DNA of 64,000 nt from assembly GCA_030141605.1 (NCBI GenBank), contig JAQGDQ010000136.1, forward strand, positions 310,001-374,000, written 5' to 3'. Origin of the DNA: Tubiluchus corallicola (taxonomy: Eukaryota; Animalia; Priapulida). Shown piece after piece: positions 63,785 through 64,000 of this stretch. Position numbers and translations under genes: made by a program. The notes beneath the pieces were generated by a model. The model saw only the letters and a list, made by a program, of their open reading frames with translations, was not told the origin of the DNA and did not search any database. Within the stretch, counting starts at the first letter, position 1, and each line of letters opens with the position of its first letter.

Positions 63785-64000
63785 CTATAAGCAAAAGCAC
63801 AAACAATATACTGCAGAGATTTTTAAAATAAGTTGATCCCAAATAATTTCTATAAAAATTAAATTTCATTTCCACAAATTACAATGCTGAATGCAAATTG
63901 AAAAGCTTTTTTGAAATGCACTAAAATAGATATCTACAGTTGATTATGGGTGAATCAGCTACAAATTATCAATAGTGTACAAATATTCAGTGCATTTTCA

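Overview
AT-rich, intron-rich animal genomic DNA. It is probably a lophotrochozoan/protostome invertebrate, which I infer from protein motifs only. Two genes converge tail to tail. (1) Plus strand: a DDIT4/REDD1 (Drosophila charybde/scylla)-like mTORC1 inhibitor. Two phase-compatible alternative first exons (2520-2745; and 14781-14907 behind its own TATA+Inr) splice to exons 18536-18660 and 19062-19409. The 15.8-kb first intron holds several MITE/foldback elements, and a ~41-bp minisatellite lies upstream. (2) Minus strand: the 3' part of a canonical ankyrin gene (UPA domain and death domain; the ANK repeats and ZU5 domains lie beyond the window). After the death domain come 14 symmetric phase-1 cassette exons, including giant exons of 6321 and 5112 nt, and several candidate alternative terminal exons. 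The tail carries EB1-type SKIP motifs, LIR-like motifs, obscurin-site-like motifs and repeated amphipathic helices. The introns are rich in UGCAUG (Rbfox) sites. Two candidate RNA structures stand out: a 14-bp duplex covering a 3' splice site, and a G-U-rich multibranch stem in the 3' UTR. All exon models come from manual GT-AG and reading-frame inspection, with no RNA evidence.
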